This document shows positions 51,680-60,923 of a stretch of 64,000 nt of DNA, one piece after another (positions within the stretch are counted from its first letter, which is position 1; each line of letters opens with the position of its first letter). The position numbers and the translations under genes were made by a program. Below the pieces are notes generated by a model. That model made no database searches. It saw only the letters and a program-made list of their open reading frames with translations, and was not told the DNA's origin. This DNA comes from Myxococcota bacterium (GTDB lineage: Bacteria > Myxococcota_A > UBA796 > CAJQPC01), in assembly GCA_036229005.1 (NCBI GenBank), contig JAZAMN010000011.1:191283-255282 (forward strand), read 5' to 3'.

Positions 51680-52781
51680 GGGGCGAGGAGCTCGCAGCAT
51701 AGGCATCGCGGGGGTTGAGGTTGGCGGCGGCTCCCACAGGCACCGAAGACGAAGACCACTCACCGAAGCCCGCCAGGCGGGCGCGGTACTCGGGGATCAT
51801 CGAAGCGCGGGCGGTCAACGAAGACTCCGAGTCGTAGTAGGGCCCATTCGGCTCGTTCCCAAAGGCCTGCTCCTGGCTCACTGCGGAGGGACCGACGCTG
51901 CCGCCGTAGGGCTTGGCTACAGCGACCGCGACCATCTCGTCGGTGGAGCCGCTGTAGCTGGAGGCGCCGAAGTAGCCACCGTCCGAGCCTGCGCCGGAGT
52001 AGGCGATGTCCAGGTAGGCGGTCGCCGGGGTGCCGCGGGCCTCAGCCAGGACCCAGACATCGGGCTGCTGACTGGGGCGGTACTGAGTGGGGCTGCTCAG
52101 GTCCCGCCCCTTGTAGAACCAGGTCTCCAGTTGGTAGGTCTCGACGCTGGGCACCACACCGGAAGGCACACATCCGACCGCCGTGCGGCAGTAGAGCAGC
52201 ACCGGGTAGTTGAAGCTGGAGACGGCCCGCCTGTAGATGGCGATGGTGGAGGGCTGTCCGGAGGTCCCCTGGCTGCGGTATGCACCGTTTCGGCTCGCGC
52301 TCCCCGCACCAACCACGATGCCACCGCCCGCAGTGAGGACACCAGGCAGGTTGGTGTTCATGGTCTGCTCACCCGCAGTGACCGCCGGCCCGACAGACGC
52401 AGACCACTGGGCGAGTCCGATGAACTCATCGGCCTTTGCGTCGATCGCGGTCTGGCAGTTGCTCAGGTAGAGCTCGGCGGCGTCGCTGCGCGCTTCGCAG
52501 TCGCAGTCGTCGTTCTCCCAAGGCCGGGAGGTGATGGTGTCCCGACACTGGTCGACGATGTCGACGATCTCCCGGTTCTTTGCCACCAGTTGGTTGAGGA
52601 CCTGGGCCTCCTTGTAGGCGGCCGAGTAGGCGCCCAGATCGGCGGTGTTCTGCATGCGGATCCGGTCATTGACCAAGATTCCCATGTTGGTGGCCAGGGC
52701 CATGAACACGATCAACGAGAAGAAGACCAGCGCGATCAGCAGCGCAGCCTGTCCTCGTCGATGCCCACGATGCAGGCTCAT
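51648..52781 (-). CDS. TadG-like (Tad domain) pilus protein
   Basis: RRGQAALL plus TM; MQNTADLGAYSAA Tad motif; Cys-rich extracellular region. Confidence 0.75.
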   Translation of the reverse strand: MSLHRGHRRGQAALLIALVFFSLIVFMALATNMGILVNDRIRMQNTADLGAYSAAYKEAQVLNQLVAKNREIVDIVDQCRDTITSRPWENDDCDCEARSDAAELYLSNCQTAIDAKADEFIGLAQWSASVGPAVTAGEQTMNTNLPGVLTAGGGIVVGAGSASRNGAYRSQGTSGQPSTIAIYRRAVSSFNYPVLLYCRTAVGCVPSGVVPSVETYQLETWFYKGRDLSSPTQYRPSQQPDVWVLAEARGTPATAYLDIAYSGAGSDGGYFGASSYSGSTDEMVAVAVAKPYGGSVGPSAVSQEQAFGNEPNGPYYDSESSLTARASMIPEYRARLAGFGEWSSSSVPVGAAANLNPRDAYAASSSPHASAAAQLRH

Positions 52782-53263
52782 CGGCAGAGCATCCGGTTGT
52801 CCGAGCGGTTGACCGCGGTGTTTCCGCTGGCAGCGACCATTCCCAGCTTCCCCACCCCCTCGTGGACACACTCCGGCTCGCCCATGGTCACCGACATGCT
52901 CGCGTCCATCTCCCCCATGAGCTGCCGGAACCCCGGCGAGGTCGCCTCCCACAGCAGCGTGCTGGTGACGGTCCCTGTGGACGCGTCCACGTCCACAGTC
53001 ACATCCCCATCGCCGTAGTCCACCATGTTGCCCGTGAGCAGGTCGCTGGCGATGGCTGTGGGGTCGTCGGACACGGAGAACCCGCGCGCGGCCGAGAAGG
53101 TGGCGTAGTTCACGTAGTTGAGGGCCCCCAGGTAGTAGGCATACTCGATCACCGCGAACAGCAGCGCGAGGATCAAGGGGATCATCAGCGCGAACTCAGC
53201 GGTGCTCTGGCCACGTCGGAGCCTGCGTGCAGACGAACCGTCACGGCGCTGGGCGCGTTGCAC
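52778..53263 (-). CDS. TadE family pseudopilin
   Basis: RRGQSTAEFAL...AAR; GTG start after AGGAGG. Confidence 0.8.
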   Translation of the reverse strand: MQRAQRRDGSSARRLRRGQSTAEFALMIPLILALLFAVIEYAYYLGALNYVNYATFSAARGFSVSDDPTAIASDLLTGNMVDYGDGDVTVDVDASTGTVTSTLLWEATSPGFRQLMGEMDASMSVTMGEPECVHEGVGKLGMVAASGNTAVNRSDNRMLCR

Positions 53264-53391
53264 CAAGGGGGACCTCCTGCGCAAACAGTAGCAGAGACGG
53301 AGCGTGGCCCCAAGGCCCAGGCCCACAGAGCAGGAAAGCCGGACCCCAGGGGGATCCGGCTCTCGGCAGAGGCCCGCGCGCGGGCGAACTC

Positions 53392-55860
53392 TCAGTCCTC
53401 GCGGCGGCGGAACAGCAGCCCGAAGAGGGAGACGAGACCGAGCATGCCCAGGGCGGACTTGCCACCACCGGCGGTGCTGCAGCCCTCGTTCTCGATGGTC
53501 ACGACCTCGGTGTACTGCTTGTAGAGGTCGTTCTCACCGTAGACCGCGACGTCAGCGAAGCCCCAGGCCTGGTTGCCATCCTCATCGGTGGCCACCACGT
53601 AGAAGCGGACGATGTCGCCTTCGCGGTTCTCCAGCTCCTCCGGCGCAGTCCAGGTGACGGTCTGCGCCGTGGTGTTGTCGATGGTGCCCGCGTCGGCGGA
53701 CCAGGCGTAGTAGACCTCCTGGCCGTCCTCATCGAAGACCTCCACCGCGAGCTGGATGGAGTCACCCACCTCGACGGAGGTCTGGCTGGCGTCGATCCCA
53801 CCAAAGATGTAGGGCTCGGAGTCCAGGTCGATGCAGCCATCATCCACCAGGCCGTTGCAGTCGTTGTCCATGTTGTCGCAGACTTCGACAGCGCCGGGCT
53901 TGATGTCCGGGTTCAGGTCGTTGCAGTCGAGGTTGACCTCGGCGTAGCCGTCGCCGTCATCGTCGTAGAGCTCGGTCTGCTCATCCACGATGCCGTCGCA
54001 GTCATTGTCGGCCCGGTCCGGAGACTCGGGGGCGCCAGGGTAGGTGTTGGCGTTGGCGTCGTCACAGTCGCCGTCGGTCTCCTTGAAGGAGTCTCCGTCG
54101 TCGTCTGCACCCTCGGTGCCCTCGTCCACCAGCCCGTCGCAGTCGTTGTCGTCGCCGTCAGCGACCTCGGCGGCCTTGGGGTAGGTGTTGATGTTGCCGT
54201 CGTTACAGTCGTAGTAGATGCCGGTGTCCAGGTCCCCGTAGCCGTCGCCGTCGTCGTCGGACTCGGTGACCGCGGAGAGGATGGTCAGCGGCAGCGAGGT
54301 GTAGGCCGCCACAGAGGAGCGGTCGCGCACCTCGATGAGGAAGGTGTCGACACCTGCCTCCAGGTAGTCCAAGGGGACCTCGACGAACACATGGCCGGAC
54401 TCGTCGGTGGGGGTGCAGTCCGCGACGGTGGCGCTGAGCTGCACGGCCGACTTCACGCGGCAGGACACGGTGTTCGCGGGCTGGTTCTTGTCGAAGACGT
54501 TCAGCTCGAGCTCGATCGGCGACGGCGTCCGGTGCACGTAGCCGGGGGCCGGAGACCGGAGGGTGACCGTGGGGGCGACGTTCTCGGGATCGCTGCCCTG
54601 GTTGCCCTGGAGGTTGACGTCGATCTCGGGGTTGTCGGCGTCATCCGTGGGGATGGTCATCGAGCAGGTCGCTGCGCGGTCGTCGACGGGGATGAAGCTC
54701 ATCTCCACCAGGGTCTGGGCGCCCCCCTCGAGCACCTTGGTGGTGCCCTCCGCGGGCATGTAGCTCCAGGTGATCGCGTAGGCCTCGTCACAGTTCTCGC
54801 TGAGCGTGGGCTCAAGGAGGGTCAGCTCACCGTCGCCAGCGTTGACCACCTCGACCCAGCGAACCTCCTCTTCGCCAACGGACACGTGCCCGAAGTCGAC
54901 GGTGCGGGGCTTGACCACCGCGCGCCCCTCGCCCTTCACGCCGACGCCCTCGACATAGACGATGTGGCTGGTCTTGATGAGGTCGGCGTAGTACTCGGGG
55001 TCGCCGCTGCCGTCCTCACCCAGATCCTGGGTGGCGGTGGTGACCACCAGGGAGGAGTAGACCGCCCCGACGTCGACAGGGTCGAAGGTGACCTGGACCG
55101 GGATCTGGCAGTCCTTGTCCAGGGTGAAGAGGACCTGGCCATCGCCGGGATCGACTTCCCCCGTGTCCCCGGTGTCTCCGGTGTCGCCGGTGTCACCGGT
55201 CTCGCCGCCGCCGCCGCCGTCGTTGCCCTTGAGGGGGACAGTGGTGAGGGCAGACGCGGAGTCGTTGGACACGATGATGAGGTCTGCGTAGTCCGTGCCG
55301 GCCGCGGTGGGGACGTACTTGATGACCACGTCCTTGAACGCGCCGACAGCGATCTCGGTGCCGTCGAAGGAGCCAACCAGCGCGAAGTCGGCGGCGTCCG
55401 TTCCGGTGATCTGGAGCTGAGTGAGGATCAGCGTCTCATCGCCGCCGTTGGTGATGCGGAGGGTCCCGAAGGCCGACCCACCGACAGCGACCGTGCCGAA
55501 GTCGATGCTGCTCTGGTCCGGGACGAGGCTGGCGCCCGGAGGAGCGACCTTGGCCTCGGCCTCGACACCAGTGTCCTCTTCCCCAGTGACGGGGCAGCTC
55601 ACATCGCCGGCGTTCCAGGAGACGGTGAAGTTCTCCGCCTTGCCCTCGCCGGGGAGGATCGACGACACACCCATGGGCATGTCGCCGGTGTTCTGGATGG
55701 TGAACGTGCGGACCTGGGGATCGCCGTGATCCACCTCGCCAAAGTCGATCCACGACGAGGACATCGTGGCGGTCGGGTAGTCGTAGTAGATCAGCTCCTG
55801 CGAGGGCTGGCAGGCCAGCAGGTTGATCAGTCCGATGTTCAGCGCGAAGAGGGTCGGCAT
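53392..55860 (-). CDS. Large surface lipoprotein with Ig-like (choice-of-anchor D/ASH-like) domains, MopE-like repeats and MYXO-CTERM tail
   Basis: LLAC lipobox; three DFG.V...N.G domains; DCDD...P.A.E..D..DNDC repeats; GCST-hydrophobic-RRRED. Confidence 0.85.
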   Translation of the reverse strand: MPTLFALNIGLINLLACQPSQELIYYDYPTATMSSSWIDFGEVDHGDPQVRTFTIQNTGDMPMGVSSILPGEGKAENFTVSWNAGDVSCPVTGEEDTGVEAEAKVAPPGASLVPDQSSIDFGTVAVGGSAFGTLRITNGGDETLILTQLQITGTDAADFALVGSFDGTEIAVGAFKDVVIKYVPTAAGTDYADLIIVSNDSASALTTVPLKGNDGGGGGETGDTGDTGDTGDTGEVDPGDGQVLFTLDKDCQIPVQVTFDPVDVGAVYSSLVVTTATQDLGEDGSGDPEYYADLIKTSHIVYVEGVGVKGEGRAVVKPRTVDFGHVSVGEEEVRWVEVVNAGDGELTLLEPTLSENCDEAYAITWSYMPAEGTTKVLEGGAQTLVEMSFIPVDDRAATCSMTIPTDDADNPEIDVNLQGNQGSDPENVAPTVTLRSPAPGYVHRTPSPIELELNVFDKNQPANTVSCRVKSAVQLSATVADCTPTDESGHVFVEVPLDYLEAGVDTFLIEVRDRSSVAAYTSLPLTILSAVTESDDDGDGYGDLDTGIYYDCNDGNINTYPKAAEVADGDDNDCDGLVDEGTEGADDDGDSFKETDGDCDDANANTYPGAPESPDRADNDCDGIVDEQTELYDDDGDGYAEVNLDCNDLNPDIKPGAVEVCDNMDNDCNGLVDDGCIDLDSEPYIFGGIDASQTSVEVGDSIQLAVEVFDEDGQEVYYAWSADAGTIDNTTAQTVTWTAPEELENREGDIVRFYVVATDEDGNQAWGFADVAVYGENDLYKQYTEVVTIENEGCSTAGGGKSALGMLGLVSLFGLLFRRRED

Positions 55861-55884
55861 TGCGCGGTGCTCCAGGGTTCCGTT

Positions 55885-55901
55885 CGCCAGTCCAGTGCCA
55901 G
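55885..55901 (-). promoter_or_regulatory. Possible sigma54 promoter
   Basis: CTGGCACTGGACTGGCG has GG-N10-GC spacing and lies about 25 nt upstream of the ATG. Confidence 0.45.
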
Positions 55902-56060
55902 CAGTGAGGCAAAAGGATCAAAAAAAGTAGACCCTGATCTGGATGACGGCGGGAGCATAGCGCAAAGCGCGGCCAACGAACCAAGGGTGACCTCGGCTGC
56001 GGGCGGATTCCACCCTGCTTGGGTGGGCTACGGAGGTGCTTCGGTGGGCCCGGTTGGGGC

Positions 56061-56672
56061 TCAGAGACGGTGGCCGCTCTTCTCCTTCTTGGTCTGCAGG
56101 TAGAAGGCGTTGTGCGGGTTGGGCGGAGTCCTGACGGGGAGCGTCCCGACGACCTCCACGCCGGCGCGGCGCAGCCCCTCGATCTTGCGGGGGTTGTTGG
56201 TCATCAGCACCACGGAGCGGATCCCCAATGCCCGGACGGCCTCGGCGGCCTCATCGTAGACGCGCAGGTCGTCTTCGAAGCCCAGCGCCTGGTTGGCTTG
56301 GACAGTGTCGAGGCCCTGGTCCTGGAGCGCGTAGGCCTTGACCTTGTTCACGAGTCCGATGCCTCGGCCCTCCTGTCGGAGGTAGATGATGGCGCCGCGC
56401 TCGGAGCGACCGAGGAGCTCCAGGGCTGCCTCCAGTTGGTCGCGGCAATCGCACTTGAGGCTGCCCATCACGTCGCCGGTGAAGCACTCGGAATGGAGGC
56501 GCACCGGGACGCCCTCTGCGCCCTCCAGGTCCCCGCGGACAACGGCGCCGATCTCCTCGCCGTCCTGGGTGGTGAATCCGACGACCTCGAAGTCGCCGAA
56601 TCGGCTGGGGAGGCGGGCGCGAGCGCTCAGGACGACGCCTGGCCGCTCCTGGGCGGTCTTGATCATGTTCAT
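56061..56672 (-). CDS. ribA: GTP cyclohydrolase II
   Basis: VRLHSECFTGD, CDC, QEGRGIGL.NK and MTNNP.K motifs. Confidence 0.95.
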   Translation of the reverse strand: MNMIKTAQERPGVVLSARARLPSRFGDFEVVGFTTQDGEEIGAVVRGDLEGAEGVPVRLHSECFTGDVMGSLKCDCRDQLEAALELLGRSERGAIIYLRQEGRGIGLVNKVKAYALQDQGLDTVQANQALGFEDDLRVYDEAAEAVRALGIRSVVLMTNNPRKIEGLRRAGVEVVGTLPVRTPPNPHNAFYLQTKKEKSGHRL

Positions 56673-56783
56673 CTGCTAACTCTCCTGGCGACTGCCAGGA
56701 GGGCAGTCGCGTGGGCTGATGCCCTTTTCGGTTCATCGACCGACGGCCACGCGTGTGCCGCTATCGCCCCCCTATACGACAGA

Positions 56784-56826
56784 GGCCCCGGTGGATTGCA
56801 GCCGAGAAGCTGCGTCCACCAGGGCC
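56784..56826 (-). terminator. Long hairpin downstream of the HU gene
   Basis: ggccctggtgga-cgcagc-ttctcg-gctgca-atccaccggggcc. Confidence 0.5.
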
Positions 56827-56849
56827 CTGGGGTCTCCTGAGCGAGTGGC

Positions 56850-57125
56850 TCAGTCGTTGAGAGCCTGCTTGAGGCGCTTGCCAGCCCGGAAGACCGGGAT
56901 GCGGCGCTTGGGCACCGTGATGGGCTCGCGGTTCTTGGGGTTGTGCCCCTCGAAGGACTTGCGCTCGGAGACCTGGAAGGTGCCGAAGTCCGAGATGGTC
57001 ACCTTGTGGCCGTCGCTGAGGGCCTCCTGGATGGTCTCGGTCAGGATGTTGATGTACGCAGCGGCGCGGACCTTGGGGATGTCAGCCTTGTCGGCCAGGG
57101 CCTTGGTCAGATCAGCCTTGTTCAT
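56850..57125 (-). CDS. HU family DNA-binding protein
   Basis: MNKADL, FGTF, G.NP and P.FRAGK.LK motifs; AGGAG RBS. Confidence 0.93.
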   Translation of the reverse strand: MNKADLTKALADKADIPKVRAAAYINILTETIQEALSDGHKVTISDFGTFQVSERKSFEGHNPKNREPITVPKRRIPVFRAGKRLKQALND

Positions 57126-57332
57126 GGTGCACTCCTTAGGGCATGTCGCCCAAGATGAAAAAAGCCCAAATTGTGAACTCACCGACTTTAGTCACTGTCC
57201 CGGCACCGGTCCAGGCCTCCATCGGCGTTCGTTGTACTTCTACCCTACTTTTTCAGGGTGCGCACGGCCGTTCGTGGCCAAAGGCATACGCAGAGTCCGC
57301 CATGTGAGAGACCTGGGATACTTACAAAAGTC

Positions 57333-58403
57333 TTAGGTCCGAGTGAAACCGCGGCCGTCCCAGCGCTCGCGGTTTCGCTCCAATAGCGGGCTCCTGAGCC
57401 ATCCCCCTCGCACCTGGAGCTGCTTCTCAAGCACCCGGAACTCAGCGTCGAGCCACCCCGGCTGCTCCCCATCCAGATCGATCAGAACCCGCGATCCTGA
57501 CAGGGCTCTGGCAGTCAAGGATCGCGCTCGGATTCGGCGCACACCACCAATCTCGTGCGCGCTGCCGTCGTAGAGCCTCCAGGTGTTCTTCACAAGTCGC
57601 GCGGTCCCCAGCTCCGGGATGATCGTCAGATCGAGGACGCCATCGTGCATGGAGCCGCCGCGGCCCATGTTCATCCCGCCGCCGCAGTACTGCGCGTTGG
57701 CGAGGAAGGCTGAGAAGAGCTCCCCTTCCCAGCTCCCGTTCCCATCGGGTCCCTCCCAGCTCAACGCGACCGGCTGTGCGCTGTAGCCCAGGATCGAGGA
57801 CACGGTGGCCTGGAGGAAGGTCACCCGGCCACCAAAGCGCTTGCTGCTGCTGTTGGCCCGGTCGACGACGTCGCCGTTCGCGCCGAAGCCAGCCACGTTG
57901 AGGAACACCCGCTCGGTGGGTCCCTGCTCCGTCTGGAAGCGGGCCAGCGCAGCATCGGTCGGCAACGTCATGCCGGTGGAGGCGACCCAGAGGGCGTCCT
58001 CCAGGCTGGATGGGGCGCGCAGCGACTTGGAGAGGTCCGAGCCGGTTCCCCAAGGGATGATCGAGAAGATCGCATCCCGGCGGAGGGCCTTGCCCTCCTT
58101 GAAGAACCCGTTGACCACCTCATTGCAGGTGCCATCCCCTCCCACCGCCGCGACGATATCGGCGCCGTCGAGGACAGCCTGCCGTGCGAGCTCGGTGGCG
58201 TGTCCAGCGTGCTGACTGACCACGACCTCCCCGTGGACGAAGGCACGCTGCACAGCTCTGCGGAGCTCTGCGATGCGATCTCCAGCCCGGCCTGCGGCCG
58301 CCTTTGGGTTGAGAACGCACACGATGCGCTCATTCTCGTTCCGAGCACGCGCCGTCGTTCGGTAGTCGTGGACGGAGGGGAGCTTGTTCCGCCAATCGGC
58401 CAT
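57333..58403 (-). CDS. Diacylglycerol/lipid kinase (YegS/DagK family)
   Basis: NPKA, GGDGT.NEVVNG, P.GTG.D, YCGGGM and DLDGE motifs. Confidence 0.88.
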   Translation of the reverse strand: MADWRNKLPSVHDYRTTARARNENERIVCVLNPKAAAGRAGDRIAELRRAVQRAFVHGEVVVSQHAGHATELARQAVLDGADIVAAVGGDGTCNEVVNGFFKEGKALRRDAIFSIIPWGTGSDLSKSLRAPSSLEDALWVASTGMTLPTDAALARFQTEQGPTERVFLNVAGFGANGDVVDRANSSSKRFGGRVTFLQATVSSILGYSAQPVALSWEGPDGNGSWEGELFSAFLANAQYCGGGMNMGRGGSMHDGVLDLTIIPELGTARLVKNTWRLYDGSAHEIGGVRRIRARSLTARALSGSRVLIDLDGEQPGWLDAEFRVLEKQLQVRGGWLRSPLLERNRERWDGRGFTRT

Positions 58404-58622
58404 GGGGCACCTCTGGCGCGCCCCTTAACCCCAAACGAAGAAACGCCCGGTCCGAGGACCGAGCGTTCGATGCGGTGAGGTTCGGCTTGGCACCGCCGGA
58501 CCTGACAGGCGTCGTTTCTCCGACCGCCTACAAGCACGATACGTGCCACAACTCCCAAGTAGCTGGATTCACTTGACTGCCCCTGTCCTCGCTGGGGCCA
58601 ACGGAGGACGAGAAGGCCAAAA

Positions 58623-59396
58623 TCACGACATCTGTGTCGCGGTGTGCCCCTTCTCTGCGTCTACCACCCGGTCCGCCAGCTCCCAGGGCCGCTCTTCGGG
58701 GTGCATGAGGCGCCCTCCGAGGATGACCGAGGGAGCCTGGCCGCCCCGCTCCGACAGCACCTTGCGGAGGGGAGCGACCGGATAGAGTGGGTCCGAATCT
58801 CCCCAGATTGCTGACACTTGGGAAGCATCCACGGACCACTGGTCCAGGTCTTCGGAGGCCAGCGCGCAGATCCATTCGGCCGCCGCACGGCGTCGCTCTG
58901 CGCTGGAGACCACCCCCTCGGTGACCCTGACAACCGTGTCGCGGTCCATCACATAGGGGTTCGAGACAGCCCGCCGCAGACCCGCGGACGACGCGAGCCA
59001 TCGGGTGAGGAGCTCTGGCTTGAGCAGCCTCGAGAGCGCTCGCGGTCCCATGAGCGCCAGGGAGCGCATGAGCGGATCGAGCTGAACGGCGGGTCCGTTG
59101 CTGATGTAGACGGGCAGGCCCTCAAGACGCAGCCCGACCGGAACCGCGAGTCCGTGGGCGACCACACCAGCGGCCCCTGTCTCCGAGCAGAGCTGCTGCA
59201 GCCTCCGGCTCAGGTTGGTCAGCGTGGCTGGCTCCCCGAGGCTGGTGAGTTCCACGGCGATGGAGCGGCGGTCGCCGAGTCGGCGCTGGACCTGCTCGAA
59301 GATGGCGATCCCCAAGGGCGGTCCCGCGATGAAGACCAGAGGGGCGCCCGAGCTGCCCTGCGACTGGACGCTCAGACCGAGGATGCTTTCTGCCAA
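58623..59396 (-). CDS. Alpha/beta-hydrolase-fold protein, nucleophile apparently absent
   Basis: PLVFIAG.P, IWGDSD and PEERP fold markers; GGAGG RBS before TTG. Confidence 0.65.
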   Translation of the reverse strand: MAESILGLSVQSQGSSGAPLVFIAGPPLGIAIFEQVQRRLGDRRSIAVELTSLGEPATLTNLSRRLQQLCSETGAAGVVAHGLAVPVGLRLEGLPVYISNGPAVQLDPLMRSLALMGPRALSRLLKPELLTRWLASSAGLRRAVSNPYVMDRDTVVRVTEGVVSSAERRRAAAEWICALASEDLDQWSVDASQVSAIWGDSDPLYPVAPLRKVLSERGGQAPSVILGGRLMHPEERPWELADRVVDAEKGHTATQMS

Positions 59397-59519
59397 CGAG
59401 GACCTCCAAGCGCTGAGGGTAGCGCGAGCCCCCAATCCAGGCCAACCCGGCTTGTGGGCGTCCAGACCCGGCATTAAGGGGAATCAGCCGTGGCGGGACC
59501 ACTGCAAAGGAGTCTGGAC

Positions 59520-60809
59520 GTGTACGACCTGGTGATCGAGGACGCCACCATCGTCTCAGGAAAGGGCCGAGTCGTCGCAGACATTGGCATCCGCAAGGGC
59601 AAGATCGCCTACGTCGGGGCCCGCGCGGGTCGCGCCCGCGAGAAGATCAACGCCATCGGCAAGTTCATCATGCCGGGCATCATCGACCTGAGCGTCCATC
59701 TTGGCGCAGAGGGCGTGGACCCGGCCACTGCCTGGGCCCAGGAGACGCGGGCTGCCGTCGCAGCGGGTGTCACCACCCTCATCGAGATGTCCGACACGCC
59801 GCCGACCACGCGCAGCGCCAAGTCCCTGTCCACGAAGCGCAAGCTGGCCAAAGAGCACAGCCGGGCCAACTACGGCTTCTGGGTTCAGGCGACCAAACGG
59901 AACCTGGACAAGATCGAGCCCCTGCTCAAGAAGGGCGCTGTCGGCGCGTTGGTGGACCTTGGAGCCTCTGGGCTGGCCGCGCTCGACGACCAGACCCTCG
60001 CGACCTTCCTTGCGGAGTTCCCTGGGGTGGTCGCCATCCGGGCCGAGGACAGGGAGTTGCTCGCCGCTGCCCGTAGCGCCCACGAAGGCGAAGCGGCCCC
60101 TTCGCACAACGCAGTCTCTCCGCCTGATGCGGCCCGCAAGGGGGTGGAACGGGTCGTGGCGCTGCTTCAGGAGAACCCGCGCCCGGTGCACCTGATCGGC
60201 CTCTCCACGGCGGCCGAGCTTCACCTCCTCGATCCGCTCCGGGGCAACCTGCCCATCTCCGTGGGGACCACGCCCCACCACCTCTTCCTCAATGCAGAGC
60301 AGGAGGCGACGGCCAAGACCTCCCCTCCCCTCCGGGACGAGTTGGATCGGCGCTCCCTCTGGACCGCCCTCAAGCGCCAGCGCATCGACGCGGTCTCAAG
60401 CTGCCACGCTCCCTACACCCAGAAGGAGTGCTCGGGCCCCTACTGGGAGACCCCTGCGGGGATCCCCGGCGTGGAGACCGCATTCCCGCTCTTGATGGCA
60501 GCCGTCCACCACGGCCGGACCAGCCTGGAGCGGATGGTGGAGCTGCTGGCCGAAGGCCCCGCCCGGGTGCTCAACCTCAAGAGCAAGGGTGCCATCGCGC
60601 GGGGAATGGACGCGGATCTGCTCCTCTTCTCTGAGGGACAGTTGGAGCGGCTCGAGGCCGACACCCTCCTCGGGCGCGCTGGCTGGAGCCCCTACGCAGG
60701 CCGTGAGCTGGCTGGCCGGCCTGAGGTGGTCATCGTTGGCGGCGAGATCGTCGCCAGGAAGGGCGAGGTCATCGCCGACAGCCACCGCGGCAAGGCGGTC
60801 AGCGCCTGA
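59520..60809 (+). CDS. Dihydroorotase/allantoinase-like amidohydrolase, metal ligands degenerate
   Basis: YDLVI, MPGIID, AAVAAGVTT..EM, TPHHL, PPLR, G.PGVET and G.DADL motifs. Confidence 0.8.
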   Translation: MYDLVIEDATIVSGKGRVVADIGIRKGKIAYVGARAGRAREKINAIGKFIMPGIIDLSVHLGAEGVDPATAWAQETRAAVAAGVTTLIEMSDTPPTTRSAKSLSTKRKLAKEHSRANYGFWVQATKRNLDKIEPLLKKGAVGALVDLGASGLAALDDQTLATFLAEFPGVVAIRAEDRELLAAARSAHEGEAAPSHNAVSPPDAARKGVERVVALLQENPRPVHLIGLSTAAELHLLDPLRGNLPISVGTTPHHLFLNAEQEATAKTSPPLRDELDRRSLWTALKRQRIDAVSSCHAPYTQKECSGPYWETPAGIPGVETAFPLLMAAVHHGRTSLERMVELLAEGPARVLNLKSKGAIARGMDADLLLFSEGQLERLEADTLLGRAGWSPYAGRELAGRPEVVIVGGEIVARKGEVIADSHRGKAVSA

Positions 60810-60883
60810 CGGAGGTTCGACACCCCTGGCGGTCAGTTGACACCCCCCAGGTTCCGAACCTCCCAATTCCAATGACTTAGAGG

Positions 60884-60900
60884 TTGGCACAGGTCCTGCT
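60884..60900 (+). promoter_or_regulatory. Sigma54 promoter of comM-recA
   Basis: TTGGCACAGGTCCTGCT (TGGCAC-N5-CTGC); IHF-like TTCCAATGACTTA just upstream. Confidence 0.65.
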
Positions 60901-60923
60901 ACTCCCCTGACGGGAGGTGGGAC

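Noticed and set aside
55155..55220. 9-bp tandem repeats here and at about 30150-30220
   Set aside because: In-frame DTG linker coding repeats within surface proteins, not independent DNA elements.
56673..56850. FMN (RFN) riboswitch upstream of ribA
   Set aside because: No AGGGCGGGGUGAAAUUCCC-type consensus, and the leader is too short; reported instead as an unknown structured leader.
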